From NCBI GenBank assembly GCA_964478335.1, contig CAYZIC010000003.1:1-63331 (forward strand): a stretch of DNA of 63,331 bases. The letters are read 5' to 3'. Every line of letters starts with the position of its first letter. The first letter of the stretch is position 1. Below, one piece after another: positions 53,536-63,331 of this stretch. The stretch comes from an uncultured Lentisphaeraceae bacterium. Lineage in GTDB: Bacteria; Verrucomicrobiota; Kiritimatiellia; RFP12; DVOR01. The position numbers and the translations under genes are program-made. The notes under the pieces are model-generated. The model was not told where the DNA came from. It saw nothing but the letters and a program-made list of their open reading frames with translations, and ran no database searches.

Positions 53536-54495
53536 ATGAGTAGCCTCCCGCTCATACCGCGAATCATTGCCTGCACCCTACCTAACGACTTAGTGCAACA
53601 GCCTCTCCTACCCTATCTCGTAGCACGCTTCACCTATCATACCGCCACAGAATGGCAAGCTGCCATTGACGGCCACCTCTTGCTCATCAATGACCACCCC
53701 GCCACAGCTCAAATGGACATTCATCCTAATGACCATCTCCGCTACGATGCCACACACGTGCCAGAGCCCCCTGTTAATCAAGCCCTCGAGACTCTCTACG
53801 AGGACGACGAGCTCCTCGTCTATAACAAACCCCCCAACCTACCCGTTCATCCAAGTGGACGCTACTTCAACCACACCGTTTGGGGAGTTGTCCAGCGACA
53901 AGGCACGCCTGCGCCACACTTCGTCAACCGCCTCGACCGCGAAACCTCTGGCGTGCTACTCTGCACCAAAGTCAGTAAGCTCGTGCGCCCTCTCTCCCGC
54001 CAAATTCTTACAAAACGCTATCAAGTGCTCGTCCATGGACACTTCCCTCAAGGCCATCAATTCGTCTCTGGTAGGTTAATCCCACACCCATCGTCCCCCA
54101 TTCGCAAGCAACTCCAACTCACCGACCTCAAGATTGCCACCACCTGCCCCCCACTCACCCCTCTCACACCAGACCAAGCCATCACCGAGCTACGCACTCT
54201 ACATCAACAAACCGACACCACCCTCGTCGAAGCGACCCTACACACTGGCCGCCTCCATCAAATCCGTGCCACAATGCTCGCTCTAGGCTATCCCGTGGTC
54301 GGAGACAAACTCTACGGCCTCGACCCCAACTATTTCCAACGCCTCATTGATGACACCCTCACCCCTGAGGACTGGCAAGCCCTTCGCCTCCCCCACCAGG
54401 CACTCCACGCCCACACCCTTATTCTCACCCATGCTGGCAAAGAATACACCTTCACAGCACCCTGCCCATGGTTCACCAACCAGCGCCACCCCTGA
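53536..54495 (+). CDS. RluA-family pseudouridine synthase
   Basis: ..VHPSGRY.., the catalytic-Asp motif NRLDRETSGVLL, and ..GRLHQIRATM..GYPVVGDKLYG. Confidence 0.85.
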   Translation: MSSLPLIPRIIACTLPNDLVQQPLLPYLVARFTYHTATEWQAAIDGHLLLINDHPATAQMDIHPNDHLRYDATHVPEPPVNQALETLYEDDELLVYNKPPNLPVHPSGRYFNHTVWGVVQRQGTPAPHFVNRLDRETSGVLLCTKVSKLVRPLSRQILTKRYQVLVHGHFPQGHQFVSGRLIPHPSSPIRKQLQLTDLKIATTCPPLTPLTPDQAITELRTLHQQTDTTLVEATLHTGRLHQIRATMLALGYPVVGDKLYGLDPNYFQRLIDDTLTPEDWQALRLPHQALHAHTLILTHAGKEYTFTAPCPWFTNQRHP

Positions 54496-54600
54496 CCCCA
54501 TCCACCTCTATTGCGCTGTCCCGTAAGCGTAGTGACCGATACAAAAGCCAACAAAAGACGCAGCCTCCTCAAAAAGACTGCACATAAGACACTTTTAAGC

Positions 54601-54629
54601 TTGTTTTATCTATCATTTTGTGGCATAAT
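54601..54629 (+). promoter_or_regulatory. candidate promoter (TTGTTT-N17-CATAAT with TG extension)
   Basis: TTGTTT at 54601..54606 and TGGCATAAT at 54621..54629, 55 nt upstream of the ATG at 54684. Confidence 0.4.
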
Positions 54630-54683
54630 CCCCTGCGATTTTGTTCACCTTATGCTGTCTACTGATAATGAAAGGGTTTTATA

Positions 54684-55760
54684 ATGAGTATGGAATTGCT
54701 CTCACGCCTCGACAAACTACAAAAGCAACTCATCGACAATCAAATAGATGTAGCCTTTCTTTACACTGAAGTCAACCGCTTTTACTTCACAGGCCTCAAG
54801 ACATCCAATGGTCTGCTCCTCGTCCAACCTGGACAACGACCAATCTTTTACACTGATTTCCGTTATCTAGAAGTCGCCCAAAAGACTTTATCGAGCTTCA
54901 TTGACGTACGCAAGTTCAAGAAAAACGATCCCCAGCTCGCCGACTATGTCGCCATGGGACAAGCTTGGAAAACCGTTGCCTATGAACCAACCATCACCGT
55001 AGCCCAATACCTTCCCCTCCACGATAAACTCGCCGACAAGAAATGGGTTAGCATCGCTGACATTGTCACCCGCCTACGCGGTATCAAATCCCAATCCGAG
55101 ATCGATGCCATTCGCATCAGTGCAGCGGCCAACGACCAAGCTCTCAAAGAACTCCTCGATATCGTCAAACCTGGCATGAGCGAGCTCGAAATCGAGCACT
55201 CATTCAAAAAGATTGTCTGCGAGCACGGTTGGGGGCTTTCATTTGACCCCATCTGCTGCGCAGGGATCAACGCAGTTGAATGCCACCACCATCCCGACGG
55301 CTCAATCTTGCAACCAGAGAGCGAACTTTTACTCGATTTAGGGGTAACGGCGGGTGATTACCTCAGCGATATGACCCGTACCGTTTACTTCGGCACCCCC
55401 ACCAAGCGCTTTACTGAGATCTTTGACCTCGTGCTCGCTGCCAATCAAGCGGTCATTGCCGCAATTCAGCCGGGTAAGACCTGCGGCGAAATGGACTCAA
55501 TTGCCCGTAAGGTCATTGGCGATGCTGGATACGGCCAGTACTTCGATCACGGATTAGGACACAGCGTTGGCCTCGAAATCCACGAATCCCCCAACCTATC
55601 CACAGGATCAACCGTCGTCCTTGAACCAGGCATGGTCGTCACCGTCGAGCCAGGCGTTTATATCAGTGGCGATGTCGGCGTGCGCATCGAAGACCTCGTC
55701 TGCGTAACAGAGACTGGCTGCAAAGTTTTGAGTCACACCCCGCATCAGATTATCTTATAA
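54684..55760 (+). CDS. M24-family Xaa-Pro aminopeptidase/dipeptidase
   Basis: Creatinase-like N-domain plus the pita-bread domain metal-ligand pattern ..DLG....YLSDMTRT.., ..[10 protein letters not shown].., ..VEPG.Y.., ..RIED. Confidence 0.85.
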   Translation: MSMELLSRLDKLQKQLIDNQIDVAFLYTEVNRFYFTGLKTSNGLLLVQPGQRPIFYTDFRYLEVAQKTLSSFIDVRKFKKNDPQLADYVAMGQAWKTVAYEPTITVAQYLPLHDKLADKKWVSIADIVTRLRGIKSQSEIDAIRISAAANDQALKELLDIVKPGMSELEIEHSFKKIVCEHGWGLSFDPICCAGINAVECHHHPDGSILQPESELLLDLGVTAGDYLSDMTRTVYFGTPTKRFTEIFDLVLAANQAVIAAIQPGKTCGEMDSIARKVIGDAGYGQYFDHGLGHSVGLEIHESPNLSTGSTVVLEPGMVVTVEPGVYISGDVGVRIEDLVCVTETGCKVLSHTPHQIIL

Positions 55761-55776
55761 ATAAAGGAGTCCACCC

Positions 55777-56334
55777 ATGGCTGACCCCACTAAAATTGCC
55801 GCACTTGTCAAGCAACTCCTCATCGAGCTCGGTGAAGATCCCGAGCGCGAAGGCCTTCTCAAAACCCCCGAACGAGTCGCCAAGTCATTGATGTTTCTAA
55901 CCAAAGGCTATTCCGAAACACCCCAAAAAGTCATGAATGATGCCATCTTTGCATCAAGTAGCAACAACATGGTTATCGTGCGCGACATTGAAGTCTACAG
56001 CATGTGCGAACACCACCTCTTGCCTTTTTATGGACGTTGCCACGTCGGCTACATCTCCAATGGTAAAGTATTAGGCTTGAGCAAAGTTGCCCGTATCGTT
56101 GATTGCTTTGCTCGACGCTTCCAGATCCAAGAACGTCTCACCGAAGAGATCGCCAAGGCCATCATGGAGCTCACTGGTGCAGAGGGTGTCGGCGTCGTCA
56201 TGGATTGCCAGCATTTGTGCATGATGATGCGTGGTGTCGAGAAACAAAACTCCGTCACTGTCACCTCATCGGTATTGGGTTCTTTCCGTACGCATCCAGA
56301 AGTGCGTGCAGAATTCATGACATTGCTTAAATAA
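55777..56334 (+). CDS. folE: GTP cyclohydrolase I
   Basis: 185 aa with ..[10 protein letters not shown].., ..[10 protein letters not shown].., ..QERLT. Confidence 0.93.
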   Translation: MADPTKIAALVKQLLIELGEDPEREGLLKTPERVAKSLMFLTKGYSETPQKVMNDAIFASSSNNMVIVRDIEVYSMCEHHLLPFYGRCHVGYISNGKVLGLSKVARIVDCFARRFQIQERLTEEIAKAIMELTGAEGVGVVMDCQHLCMMMRGVEKQNSVTVTSSVLGSFRTHPEVRAEFMTLLK

Positions 56335-56343
56335 GGAGTCATC

Positions 56344-57726
56344 ATGGCTACCATTACAAAAGAAGCCGTCCAAACCTGGGCAGCAACCAACCACGACCGC
56401 ATTCAAGCAGACTATTTTGAGCTCTTAAAATTCCCCTCCATTGGTGCCGACCAAAACCATTTGGGTGATTGCGCCAATTGCGCAACCTGGATCAAGAAAC
56501 AACTCCGCGCACTCGGTTTTGATGTCACCCTCAAGCAAGACACCCTCGCCTCCCCCCCCATCGTCTTTGCAGAGCGCCTCGTCGAAGACAGCTCCCACAC
56601 GATCCTCTTTTACGGACACTACGACGTGCAGCCTGTAGACCCCCTCAATCTCTGGGAGAGCGACCCTTTCACCCCGACACGCCGAGGCGACCGCGTTTAC
56701 GCCCGTGGCGCACAAGATGACAAAGGCCAATGGTTTGCATTCTTGCAAGGCCTACGCGCCGTGCAAGAGCTCGGAGGAGAATTGCCCAGTATGCGCATTC
56801 TACTCGAAGGCCAAGAAGAGAGCGGCAGCACCGCCCTTGCCAACATCGCCGCTGAATTGCGTCAAGACATCGCTGCGGATATCCTCTTAGTTGCAGATAC
56901 AGGCATGGATGACGACTCTGGTCGCCCCTCAATTGTCGCAGGCCTCCGCGGAGTTGTTCACTTTACCCTCACCCTCAAAGGCGCCGGCTACGATTTGCAC
57001 TCTGGACTCCATGGTGGCCTCGCGCCCAATCCTGCCCAAGGTATGGCCGAGCTCATCGCCTCCCTCCATACCGCCACTGGCGGCATCGCCGTTGAGGGAT
57101 TTTTAGATCGAGTTGTCCCCCCAAACGACCAAGAACTCGCCCTCTCCAATGAAGTACCCTTTGACGAAGCCAACTACACCGCCTCCGTCGGTGTAGCCCC
57201 CTGCGGTGGCGAAAAGGGGCTTTCCCCACGCATTCGTAATGCCTTCATGCCAACAATCGAGATCAATGGCATTCACACCGGTTACGGTGGCCCTGGCTCC
57301 AAGACGGTCATTCCCTGCGAAGCACTCGCCAAGCTCTCCTGTCGCCTCGTGCCAGATCAGTCTCCTGCTGAGATCGTCGATTGCCTCCAAGCCCACATCC
57401 AAGCCCACTGCCCAGAAGGCATGGTCGCAGAGATAAGCGAGATCACGGGGTGTGAACCAGGCTTCCGCCTCCCAATCAGCTCGCCTGTCATGCAGCTCGC
57501 CCGCGATGTCTTGACAGGCATCGATCCACGTGGTGCCGTGATTGCGTGGGAAGGTGCCTCGATTCCCATTGTCGCAAGATTGCGCGATGTCACCGGTGCC
57601 GCCCCCCTCATGGTGGGCTGGGGCCTCCAGGCTGACCGCATCCACAGCCCAAACGAATCTTTCAGTGATGAACAATTTGCCAAGGGAGTTCTTTGGGGAG
57701 CACTCATCCTCTCCGCCCTTGCCTAA
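56344..57726 (+). CDS. M20-family dipeptidase
   Basis: ..LFYGHYDVQP.., ..RGAQDDKGQ.., ..EGQEESGS.., and a late ..HSPNE. Confidence 0.8.
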   Translation: MATITKEAVQTWAATNHDRIQADYFELLKFPSIGADQNHLGDCANCATWIKKQLRALGFDVTLKQDTLASPPIVFAERLVEDSSHTILFYGHYDVQPVDPLNLWESDPFTPTRRGDRVYARGAQDDKGQWFAFLQGLRAVQELGGELPSMRILLEGQEESGSTALANIAAELRQDIAADILLVADTGMDDDSGRPSIVAGLRGVVHFTLTLKGAGYDLHSGLHGGLAPNPAQGMAELIASLHTATGGIAVEGFLDRVVPPNDQELALSNEVPFDEANYTASVGVAPCGGEKGLSPRIRNAFMPTIEINGIHTGYGGPGSKTVIPCEALAKLSCRLVPDQSPAEIVDCLQAHIQAHCPEGMVAEISEITGCEPGFRLPISSPVMQLARDVLTGIDPRGAVIAWEGASIPIVARLRDVTGAAPLMVGWGLQADRIHSPNESFSDEQFAKGVLWGALILSALA

Positions 57727-57745
57727 ATCAAAGTGATATAAACCA

Positions 57746-58588
57746 ATGGATATACTACACACAGCTCAAGCCATGAATCAATGGTGTGCCGATCGCAAGC
57801 GCCAAGGACGCACGATCGCACTCGTACCGACCATGGGATACCTCCATGCCGGCCACCTCTCTCTCGTCACCCGCGCCAAAGCAACAGCCGACGACATCGT
57901 CGTCAGCATCTTCGTCAACCCCACACAATTTGGTCCCACAGAGGACTACGCCTGCTACCCCCGCAAAGAAGAGGCCGATTGCGCCCTGTGCCGAGATGCA
58001 GGTGTCGCAGCAATCTACCTCCCCTCCCCCGAGGAAATGTACCCCGCCAACGCTTCCACCTGGGTCGAAGAGGCTACCCTCAGCAAAGGCTTTTGTGGCG
58101 CATCACGCCCCATTCACTTTAGAGGTGTCTGCACCGTCGTCGCCAAGCTCTTTAACATCATCATGCCAGACTACGCAATCTTTGGTCAAAAGGACTTCCA
58201 GCAAGTCGCCGTGATCAAACGCATGGTGCGCGACCTCAATTTCCCAATACGCATTATCCGGTCTCCAATCATTCGCGAAGCAGATGGTTTAGCCATGTCC
58301 TCGCGCAACACCTACTTGAGCGAGACCTCCCGCAAACAAGCCCTCAGCCTCTCCCAATCCCTCATAGCCGCCCAAGCCGCCTTTGACGCTGGTGAAAAGC
58401 AGAGTACCGTCCTCGAAGCCTCCATCCGCTGCCATGTCGAAGCCAGCAACTGGACGATCGAATACGCCACCGTCATTGATGCCGATACCCTCGAGCCAAT
58501 CAGCGAAGTGCGCGCACCTGCCGCCATCCTCATTGCCGCCAAACAAGGCAACATCCGCCTCATTGACAACAGGATCCTCTGCGAATGA
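57746..58588 (+). CDS. panC: pantoate--beta-alanine ligase
   Basis: ..VPTMGYLHAGHLSL.., ..VSIFVNPTQF.., ..FGQKDFQQ.., ..MSSRN. Confidence 0.93.
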   Translation: MDILHTAQAMNQWCADRKRQGRTIALVPTMGYLHAGHLSLVTRAKATADDIVVSIFVNPTQFGPTEDYACYPRKEEADCALCRDAGVAAIYLPSPEEMYPANASTWVEEATLSKGFCGASRPIHFRGVCTVVAKLFNIIMPDYAIFGQKDFQQVAVIKRMVRDLNFPIRIIRSPIIREADGLAMSSRNTYLSETSRKQALSLSQSLIAAQAAFDAGEKQSTVLEASIRCHVEASNWTIEYATVIDADTLEPISEVRAPAAILIAAKQGNIRLIDNRILCE

Positions 58589-60000
58589 TTCACCGCCTGA
58601 TGCCTCTTTTATGCCTGACACTCTCGCTGAGCACCTGGTGCTCAGCGAAGCCTCTGCCTGAATTAGGCATCGACTTCCCCATCCCGGAGACCAGCTTTCA
58701 CATCCCACCCAGGATGCCAGAGCAGCCCTATACCACACGAGACCTCTGGTTAGAGAGCCAATTCATCGCTAATTGGATCACACCAGAGGGCTATGCCTTT
58801 AGACTCCTGCAGCTACGATTCACCCCACCAGATGACAACAGCGAGACCACCCAGCGCGACCTCTACGACCGCGCCACCCCAAACTTCCCCAAAAACAATT
58901 TAGATGCCTGCAAAGACTGGCTCTCCACCGACACACTCACCCTCATTGCCCGCGACTCCTATAACCTCGCCAAAATCTACCAAGTCCCCACAGACGACCC
59001 CACCTCTCTCACCTATCTCATCCGCACCAAAGACAACCGCTACGTACGCAACCCTTGGTTCCTCTTTGAAGTCTCCGCCCCCGCCCCCACCCCCACAGCG
59101 CAAGCACAGAGCCACATAGCCAATACCATCTTTAGCCAAGTCCGCAAGTTACCCGAGCACGTCACCAAACCCACGCCCCCCCAACCTACTTTTCTCCAGC
59201 GCCTCCTCTCCCGACTCACCCACCACGCCAACTGGCCCATTCACGCCGTAGGCGACACCATTCTCACAACCGACCTCAGTGCAGATGCCGCAAAAACCCT
59301 CTTCGCCGAATACCACGCACAAGTCCTCCCCGTCACCCGCGCCATGGGCAGACTCGTGCCTCCCTTAACCGATCAAAAGCCCCCCCGTGTCCTCATTCGA
59401 CTCATTGCCAACGACAGCCGATACGCATTTTATTCAGGCGATACAACCGGCCGTAGCAGCGGAGTCTTCATCCCACAACGCAAAGTCCTCGTCATACACG
59501 TCAACCAAGGCCTCCTCGCCTCATTGCCCACTCTCAAGCATGAATCCTTCCACCAATATCTCGACGCTGCCTGGGGCGAACGTCCCACCTCTCCGTGGTT
59601 CAACGAGGGCCATGCAGTCTATTTCCAATACGTCAGCGGCGACCTAGAGATCAGTCAGCCCGACCACTACTCCACCCTCATCGATGCCAATCCAGACACC
59701 TTCGCCAACTACCTCCCCACCCTCCTGACACTCGACTACACAGACTTCTATGCAGGCGGCACCCAAAACTACGCTCTCGCCTGGGCCTGGATTTACCTCC
59801 TTCGTCACACAGACTATCCACAATTCACCTCCATTCTCCCCACCTACCAAGACGCTATCGAGCGCGGCCTCACACCACAAGAAGCGACCGCGGAGGCCAC
59901 AGCACACCTCACACCAGATCAAATAGCCAACCGCTTCAGGCAATTTTGGAATAGCGACCGCATCAAAGCCTCCCAAGCCAACCCCCTCCTCATCCACTAA
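58585..60000 (+). CDS. secreted hypothetical protein with HExxH-like motif (DUF1570-like putative metallopeptidase)
   Basis: Signal peptide MIHRLMPLLCLTLSLSTWCSA, with ..LKHESFHQYL.. followed by ..WFNEGHAVYF.. The family assignment is from memory only. Confidence 0.4.
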   Translation: MIHRLMPLLCLTLSLSTWCSAKPLPELGIDFPIPETSFHIPPRMPEQPYTTRDLWLESQFIANWITPEGYAFRLLQLRFTPPDDNSETTQRDLYDRATPNFPKNNLDACKDWLSTDTLTLIARDSYNLAKIYQVPTDDPTSLTYLIRTKDNRYVRNPWFLFEVSAPAPTPTAQAQSHIANTIFSQVRKLPEHVTKPTPPQPTFLQRLLSRLTHHANWPIHAVGDTILTTDLSADAAKTLFAEYHAQVLPVTRAMGRLVPPLTDQKPPRVLIRLIANDSRYAFYSGDTTGRSSGVFIPQRKVLVIHVNQGLLASLPTLKHESFHQYLDAAWGERPTSPWFNEGHAVYFQYVSGDLEISQPDHYSTLIDANPDTFANYLPTLLTLDYTDFYAGGTQNYALAWAWIYLLRHTDYPQFTSILPTYQDAIERGLTPQEATAEATAHLTPDQIANRFRQFWNSDRIKASQANPLLIH

Positions 60001-60008
60001 GCCCCATC

Positions 60009-60701
60009 ATGCCAGAAACTACCGCCAGCAATAGCCTCCAATCACTCATCGGTGCTCTAATTTTTAGCGCACACGAGCCCCTATCCATCGCAGACCTCCA
60101 CAAATCCCTCACTCAGACAGGGCAAAAAGCAGAGCCAGGCACACCCGAAGCAAACTTCGCCACCGTCACCAAGACAGAAATCAAGCACCTACTCAAAGGC
60201 CTCAAAGCCTCCATCCTCCACGCAGAGATCGGACTCACCCTAGACGAATCTGACGGACACTTCTCCCTCAGAACCCTCCCCGGCGCAGGCAAGTGGCTCG
60301 CAGCCCTCCAAAAAGTCACCACCCCACAAAAGCTCTCCCGCCCCGCCATCGAAACTCTCGCCATCATCGCCTACCGTCAACCCATCTCACGCGCAGAAAT
60401 CGAATCCGTCAGAGGTGTCGCCGTCGATCACATCATTCGGCTCCTACTCGAACTCGACCTCATCCGCACCATCGGCAGAAGCGAATTACCCGGTAGACCA
60501 TTTCTCTACGCCACCACATCGACCTTTTTAGAACACTTCGGCCTCACCAACCTCAACGCCCTCAACGACATCGATCCCACCATTCAGCGAGATGACCCCG
60601 CAGAGCGCCGCAAACAGCACATCAAGCAAGCCAAAACCACCACACTGACAGATTCCGACGACCCCAGACAAGCCATCCTCGACTTCCAAGCAGAACCCTA
60701 A
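60009..60701 (+). CDS. scpB: segregation and condensation protein B
   Basis: ..LIGALIFSAHEPLS.., ..LSRPAIETLAIIAYRQPISRAEIE..RGV.., tandem winged-helix pattern. Confidence 0.88.
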   Translation: MPETTASNSLQSLIGALIFSAHEPLSIADLHKSLTQTGQKAEPGTPEANFATVTKTEIKHLLKGLKASILHAEIGLTLDESDGHFSLRTLPGAGKWLAALQKVTTPQKLSRPAIETLAIIAYRQPISRAEIESVRGVAVDHIIRLLLELDLIRTIGRSELPGRPFLYATTSTFLEHFGLTNLNALNDIDPTIQRDDPAERRKQHIKQAKTTTLTDSDDPRQAILDFQAEP

Positions 60702-60775
60702 CCCGCCCCCCACACATAACTCCGATCCCGTTCCACGGTTAACCATTCACTCGAGGCGTAGCCTCTGCCACGCCA

Positions 60776-61798
60776 ATGCCTGACCACCTCTACTTCCATA
60801 CTCCCTACTGTTCTGGCAAGTGCGCCTATTGCGCCTTTTACTCCCAAGTCGCCAAATCGGTCCCCCTAGCCTATCTCACCGAAACCCTAGCACCTGTGCT
60901 CGGTCAAAGCTTTGAGACCATCTATTTTGGCGGCGGTACACCCGCACTAATCGGCCCAGCAGGATTTGACTGGATCGCCCAAAATGGCCTCCACGCCAAA
61001 CAAGAATGGACCGTCGAGCTCCATCCAGCAGCCGTCACCCCCCAGCTCCTAACCGCCATGCAAGCCTGCGGTGTCAACCGCCTTAGCATCGGTGTACAAA
61101 GCTTCAACGACACAGCCCTAGCCTTTGCCAACCGCCGCCACACCGCCCAACAAGCTCTCACAGCCATCCAGCTTGCCCAGTCAATCATACCAGACACTGG
61201 CATCGACCTCATTGCCGGTCTCCCCCACGACACCCCCCAAACCTGGCAAGCCACCCTAGACCAAGCGATCACCCTAGACCTCCCCCACTACTCCATTTAT
61301 AGCCTCTCAATAGAGACTGGATCCGCTTGGCAAAACCGCCCACCCCCTGACGACGATCTGCTCATGGATGCCATCGACATCGCCCAAGAAATGCTCGCCA
61401 CCCATGGCATTGAGCGTTACGAAACCTCCAACTACGCCAAAGCAGGCTTCACCTGCCGACATAACCTCAACACCTGGCAAGGTGGCGACTACCTCGGCCT
61501 AGGCCCTACTGCATCAAGCCGTATCGGTCTTATTCGTCAAACAAACCCCTCCCCACCAGAGGTCCTCTCTCCAGAAGCCGACGCCTTAGAGCGCGCTCTC
61601 ACCACCCTTCGCCTCAACCAAGGCTTCCATCCCGACAGCCTCATTGCCCGTTATCCAATCCTCGCCCCCTACCACGACCACTGGCAGCAAATCCTCACCC
61701 TTTGCCAAAAGCAAGACCTCCTAACCTCAAAAAACGCCCCCACCACTCGCGGCTACGAAGTCCTCGACACCATCACCCGTCTCCTAGTCAGCCTGTAG
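60776..61798 (+). CDS. hemW: radical SAM haem chaperone HemW (HemN-like, oxygen-independent coproporphyrinogen oxidase family)
   Basis: LYFHTPYCSGKCAYCAFY (CxxxCxxC), ..IYFGGGTP.., ..NRLSIGVQSF.., with a C-terminal HemN_C-like domain. Confidence 0.85.
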   Translation: MPDHLYFHTPYCSGKCAYCAFYSQVAKSVPLAYLTETLAPVLGQSFETIYFGGGTPALIGPAGFDWIAQNGLHAKQEWTVELHPAAVTPQLLTAMQACGVNRLSIGVQSFNDTALAFANRRHTAQQALTAIQLAQSIIPDTGIDLIAGLPHDTPQTWQATLDQAITLDLPHYSIYSLSIETGSAWQNRPPPDDDLLMDAIDIAQEMLATHGIERYETSNYAKAGFTCRHNLNTWQGGDYLGLGPTASSRIGLIRQTNPSPPEVLSPEADALERALTTLRLNQGFHPDSLIARYPILAPYHDHWQQILTLCQKQDLLTSKNAPTTRGYEVLDTITRLLVSL

Positions 61799-62036
61799 CG
61801 GCCTACGGATTACACGGCTTCTGCGATGCAGAAACGGCCTGCGGCCGTGTGAGCTAGCGATCAACTAGAAGCGGAGTAAGCTCTACCAGAGAGATGCCTG
61901 TCAATCTCTTGGAGCGGGGATGACACTGGTGTGGATGCAAGCACGCTCGTCGCCCAAGAGGCTGAAGGCCGTTTTAAGAGCGAGCTCTATGACATTACTG
62001 CGGCACGTTAATGTTATTTTTTTGGTCAATTGACAG

Positions 62037-62795
62037 AGTAAGTTAAACCTTGTAAGACTAAGTTAGATGGCCGTCTCTTTTAGTCTTACCCCAAACGAAG
62101 ATTTTGCAGCTAGATTTTATGAGGGCTAGGCATCATTTGAATAAATCATTCTATCTGCGGTGTAGAATTTGGTATAAAAGTGTACAGTTCTATTGTGATG
62201 ACTCAAAAACTCTTTCGGGATAAGAGTAAGTTAGACCCCATTATGAGGATTCATTTCTTGCTCCGACCTACTTTTTAAATATGCTTGAGTTGAGTGTAAT
62301 CTCCTTAGGTTTATGAGGGGCTGACTTAGTTTGACACGAGTTTCTGTCGTATGAAAAGTACCAAATCTCTCCAATAAAGTTCGTGCAAACTTTATTATAC
62401 GAGACAGATTTACAGAGATTGCATTTCTTTTTCGCAACCAGGGTTGTTAATGCAAACCTCTTAACGTTGCATGAATACCGATGAACGCAACAGTTTGCGG
62501 CTCTAAAAGCCACTCCTTTAAAAATTTCAGTAGACCGAGCAAACAATCTTACGTTTAATAGTTGATGGATGCTTGCCTAGTTCTATTGAGATTTTTCTCA
62601 AAGAAACACCCCTGTTAAGAAGTGTCTCGATTCGCTGTCGTTCTGGTAACGACAAATGATTCTAGCCTTGTTTCATAGAGCACCACCTTTCCTTTATGGA
62701 TTAGCGTTTCTTAAGGTTAGTGCGCACTAGTAAGTTAGACTCTCTATTTGTCATAGTAACTGCAACGGCTATCGTTTGTCAAGGTCTAACTTACT
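62037..62795 (-). mobile_element. decayed IS30-like element in an AT-rich island
   Basis: Candidate inverted ends are AGTAAGTTAAACC (62037..62049, plus) and GGTCTAACTTACT (62783..62795). Extra copies of AGTAAGTTAGAC(C) lie at 62225 and 62729. It encloses an IS30-type transposase N-terminal fragment and is visibly AT-rich compared with the flanks. Confidence 0.45.
62527..62676 (-). pseudogene. IS30-family transposase N-terminal HTH fragment (in-frame stop, then frame decay)
   Basis: The minus strand reads MKQG*NHLSLPERQRIETLLNRGVSLRKISIELGKHPSTIKRKI.. This matches the IS30 HTH pattern (L-T/S-x-x-E-R-x-x-I..G.S.R.IA..LG...STI.R). Downstream ORFs 62268..62546 and 62231..62437 are unrecognisable remnants. 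Confidence 0.55.
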
Positions 62796-62967
62796 TTTTC
62801 AATTAACGAAAAGTCATTTTTTTACCTGCATTAGCCATTTTACGCTTTACATTCTGTTTAAAATCAGTTACCCTATACATGTCAAATAAGTCTTCGTGCC
62901 TTGTTTTGATAGATACAATTGTGTGTTAACTAACTGAGTCTAATTGACTCTTAAAAGGAATACCGCT

Positions 62968-63331
62968 ATGGAAATGTTTTGTTACCAATGTCAAGAGGCA
63001 ATGCGCAATACTGGCTGCACGCGCGGTGGGATGTGTGGTAAACGCCCTGATGTCGCCAACACGATGGATGAGCTCCTCCAAGCACTGAAAGTCTTGGCTC
63101 TCACTCAATCTCCCTCACGTGAGCTGGGACGTTTTGTCATGCAGTCACTCTTTATGACAATCACGAATGCGAACTTTGATCGCGATCGTCTGCTTGCCCA
63201 AATCCAATGCGCTCGCGCTTACTCAGGCTCTACGGATGCCACAGCTCCTTGTGGAGTGCTCTCGACTAGCGATGACGATATTCGCTCTTTGCGTGAATTA
63301 TTGACGTATGGTCTAAAGGGTGTGGCGGCCT
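62968..63331 (+). CDS. hcp: hydroxylamine reductase / hybrid-cluster protein, 5' partial (runs off the window)
   Basis: Not in the ORF track because no stop lies in the window. The ATG at 62968 gives MEMFCYQCQEAMRNTGCTRGGMCGKRPDVAN.., the N-terminal Cys cluster typical of Hcp. Confidence 0.85.
   Translation, partial: MEMFCYQCQEAMRNTGCTRGGMCGKRPDVANTMDELLQALKVLALTQSPSRELGRFVMQSLFMTITNANFDRDRLLAQIQCARAYSGSTDATAPCGVLSTSDDDIRSLRELLTYGLKGVAA

Noticed and set aside
62906-62920. FNR/HcpR-type box upstream of hcp (TTGATAGATACAAT)
   Set aside because: Only the TTGAT half-site matches the TTGAT-N4-ATCAA consensus. The second half is ACAAT. That is too weak to call without comparative data.
1-63331. 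tRNA, rRNA, tmRNA, RNase P or SRP RNA genes
   Set aside because: I scanned the intergenic regions for T-loop-like GGTTCGAATCC-type motifs and cloverleaf-sized GC-rich blocks and found none. This is an eye search only; tRNAscan-SE or Infernal should confirm it.

Overview
A 63.3-kb chromosomal segment, mostly housekeeping genes packed in short overlapping operons. By inference it comes from an anaerobic PVC-superphylum-like bacterium (Lentisphaerota/Verrucomicrobiota-type): there are many prepilin-type 'GFTLIELL' proteins, desulfoferrodoxin, hybrid-cluster protein and system II cytochrome c biogenesis. Recognisable content:
- a type II secretion-like pseudopilin operon (gspF, gspG, minor pseudopilins)
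- asd, tcdA, aroQ, holB, an ABC transporter, ilvA, nfo, and tig-clpP-clpX
- an MscS channel
- a beta-propeller/di-haem peroxidase next to a chorismatase-like protein and ResB/CcsA
- UDG, murA, pdxB, gluQ, thiD
- a 1710-aa secreted S8 protease
- sdaA, thiC, recD2, sugar-nucleotide and glycosyltransferase genes, dfx
- a RecQ-like helicase fused to a PRTase domain
- ymdB, a phosphoesterase-PHP fusion, rluA-like, pepP-like, folE, an M20 peptidase, panC, scpB, hemW, and the 5' end of hcp

Two genes are frame-disrupted: a class-I flavoprotein disulfide reductase and an HU-like/DUF4469-like gene. An AT-rich island carries an IS30-like relic. No rRNA, tRNA or CRISPR array was recognised.

The most unusual signal is not a protein operon but several families of dispersed repeats:
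1. MITE-like elements bounded by a 23-bp terminal inverted repeat, GGCTCTTGTGCGATTTTAATGGG. The pair at 18286/18818 is perfect.
2. A roughly 200-nt conserved cargo module, present twice.
3. A roughly 100-nt element found upstream of two unrelated genes.
4. A hairpin-plus-(GAATGTN)n heptamer element that occurs in intergenic DNA and is also inserted in-frame into two protein-coding genes, GluQRS twice and the S8 protease twice. It is always read as HSTF(D/H/N)I.

All calls rest on reading the sequence and the ORF track by eye. No database searches were run.
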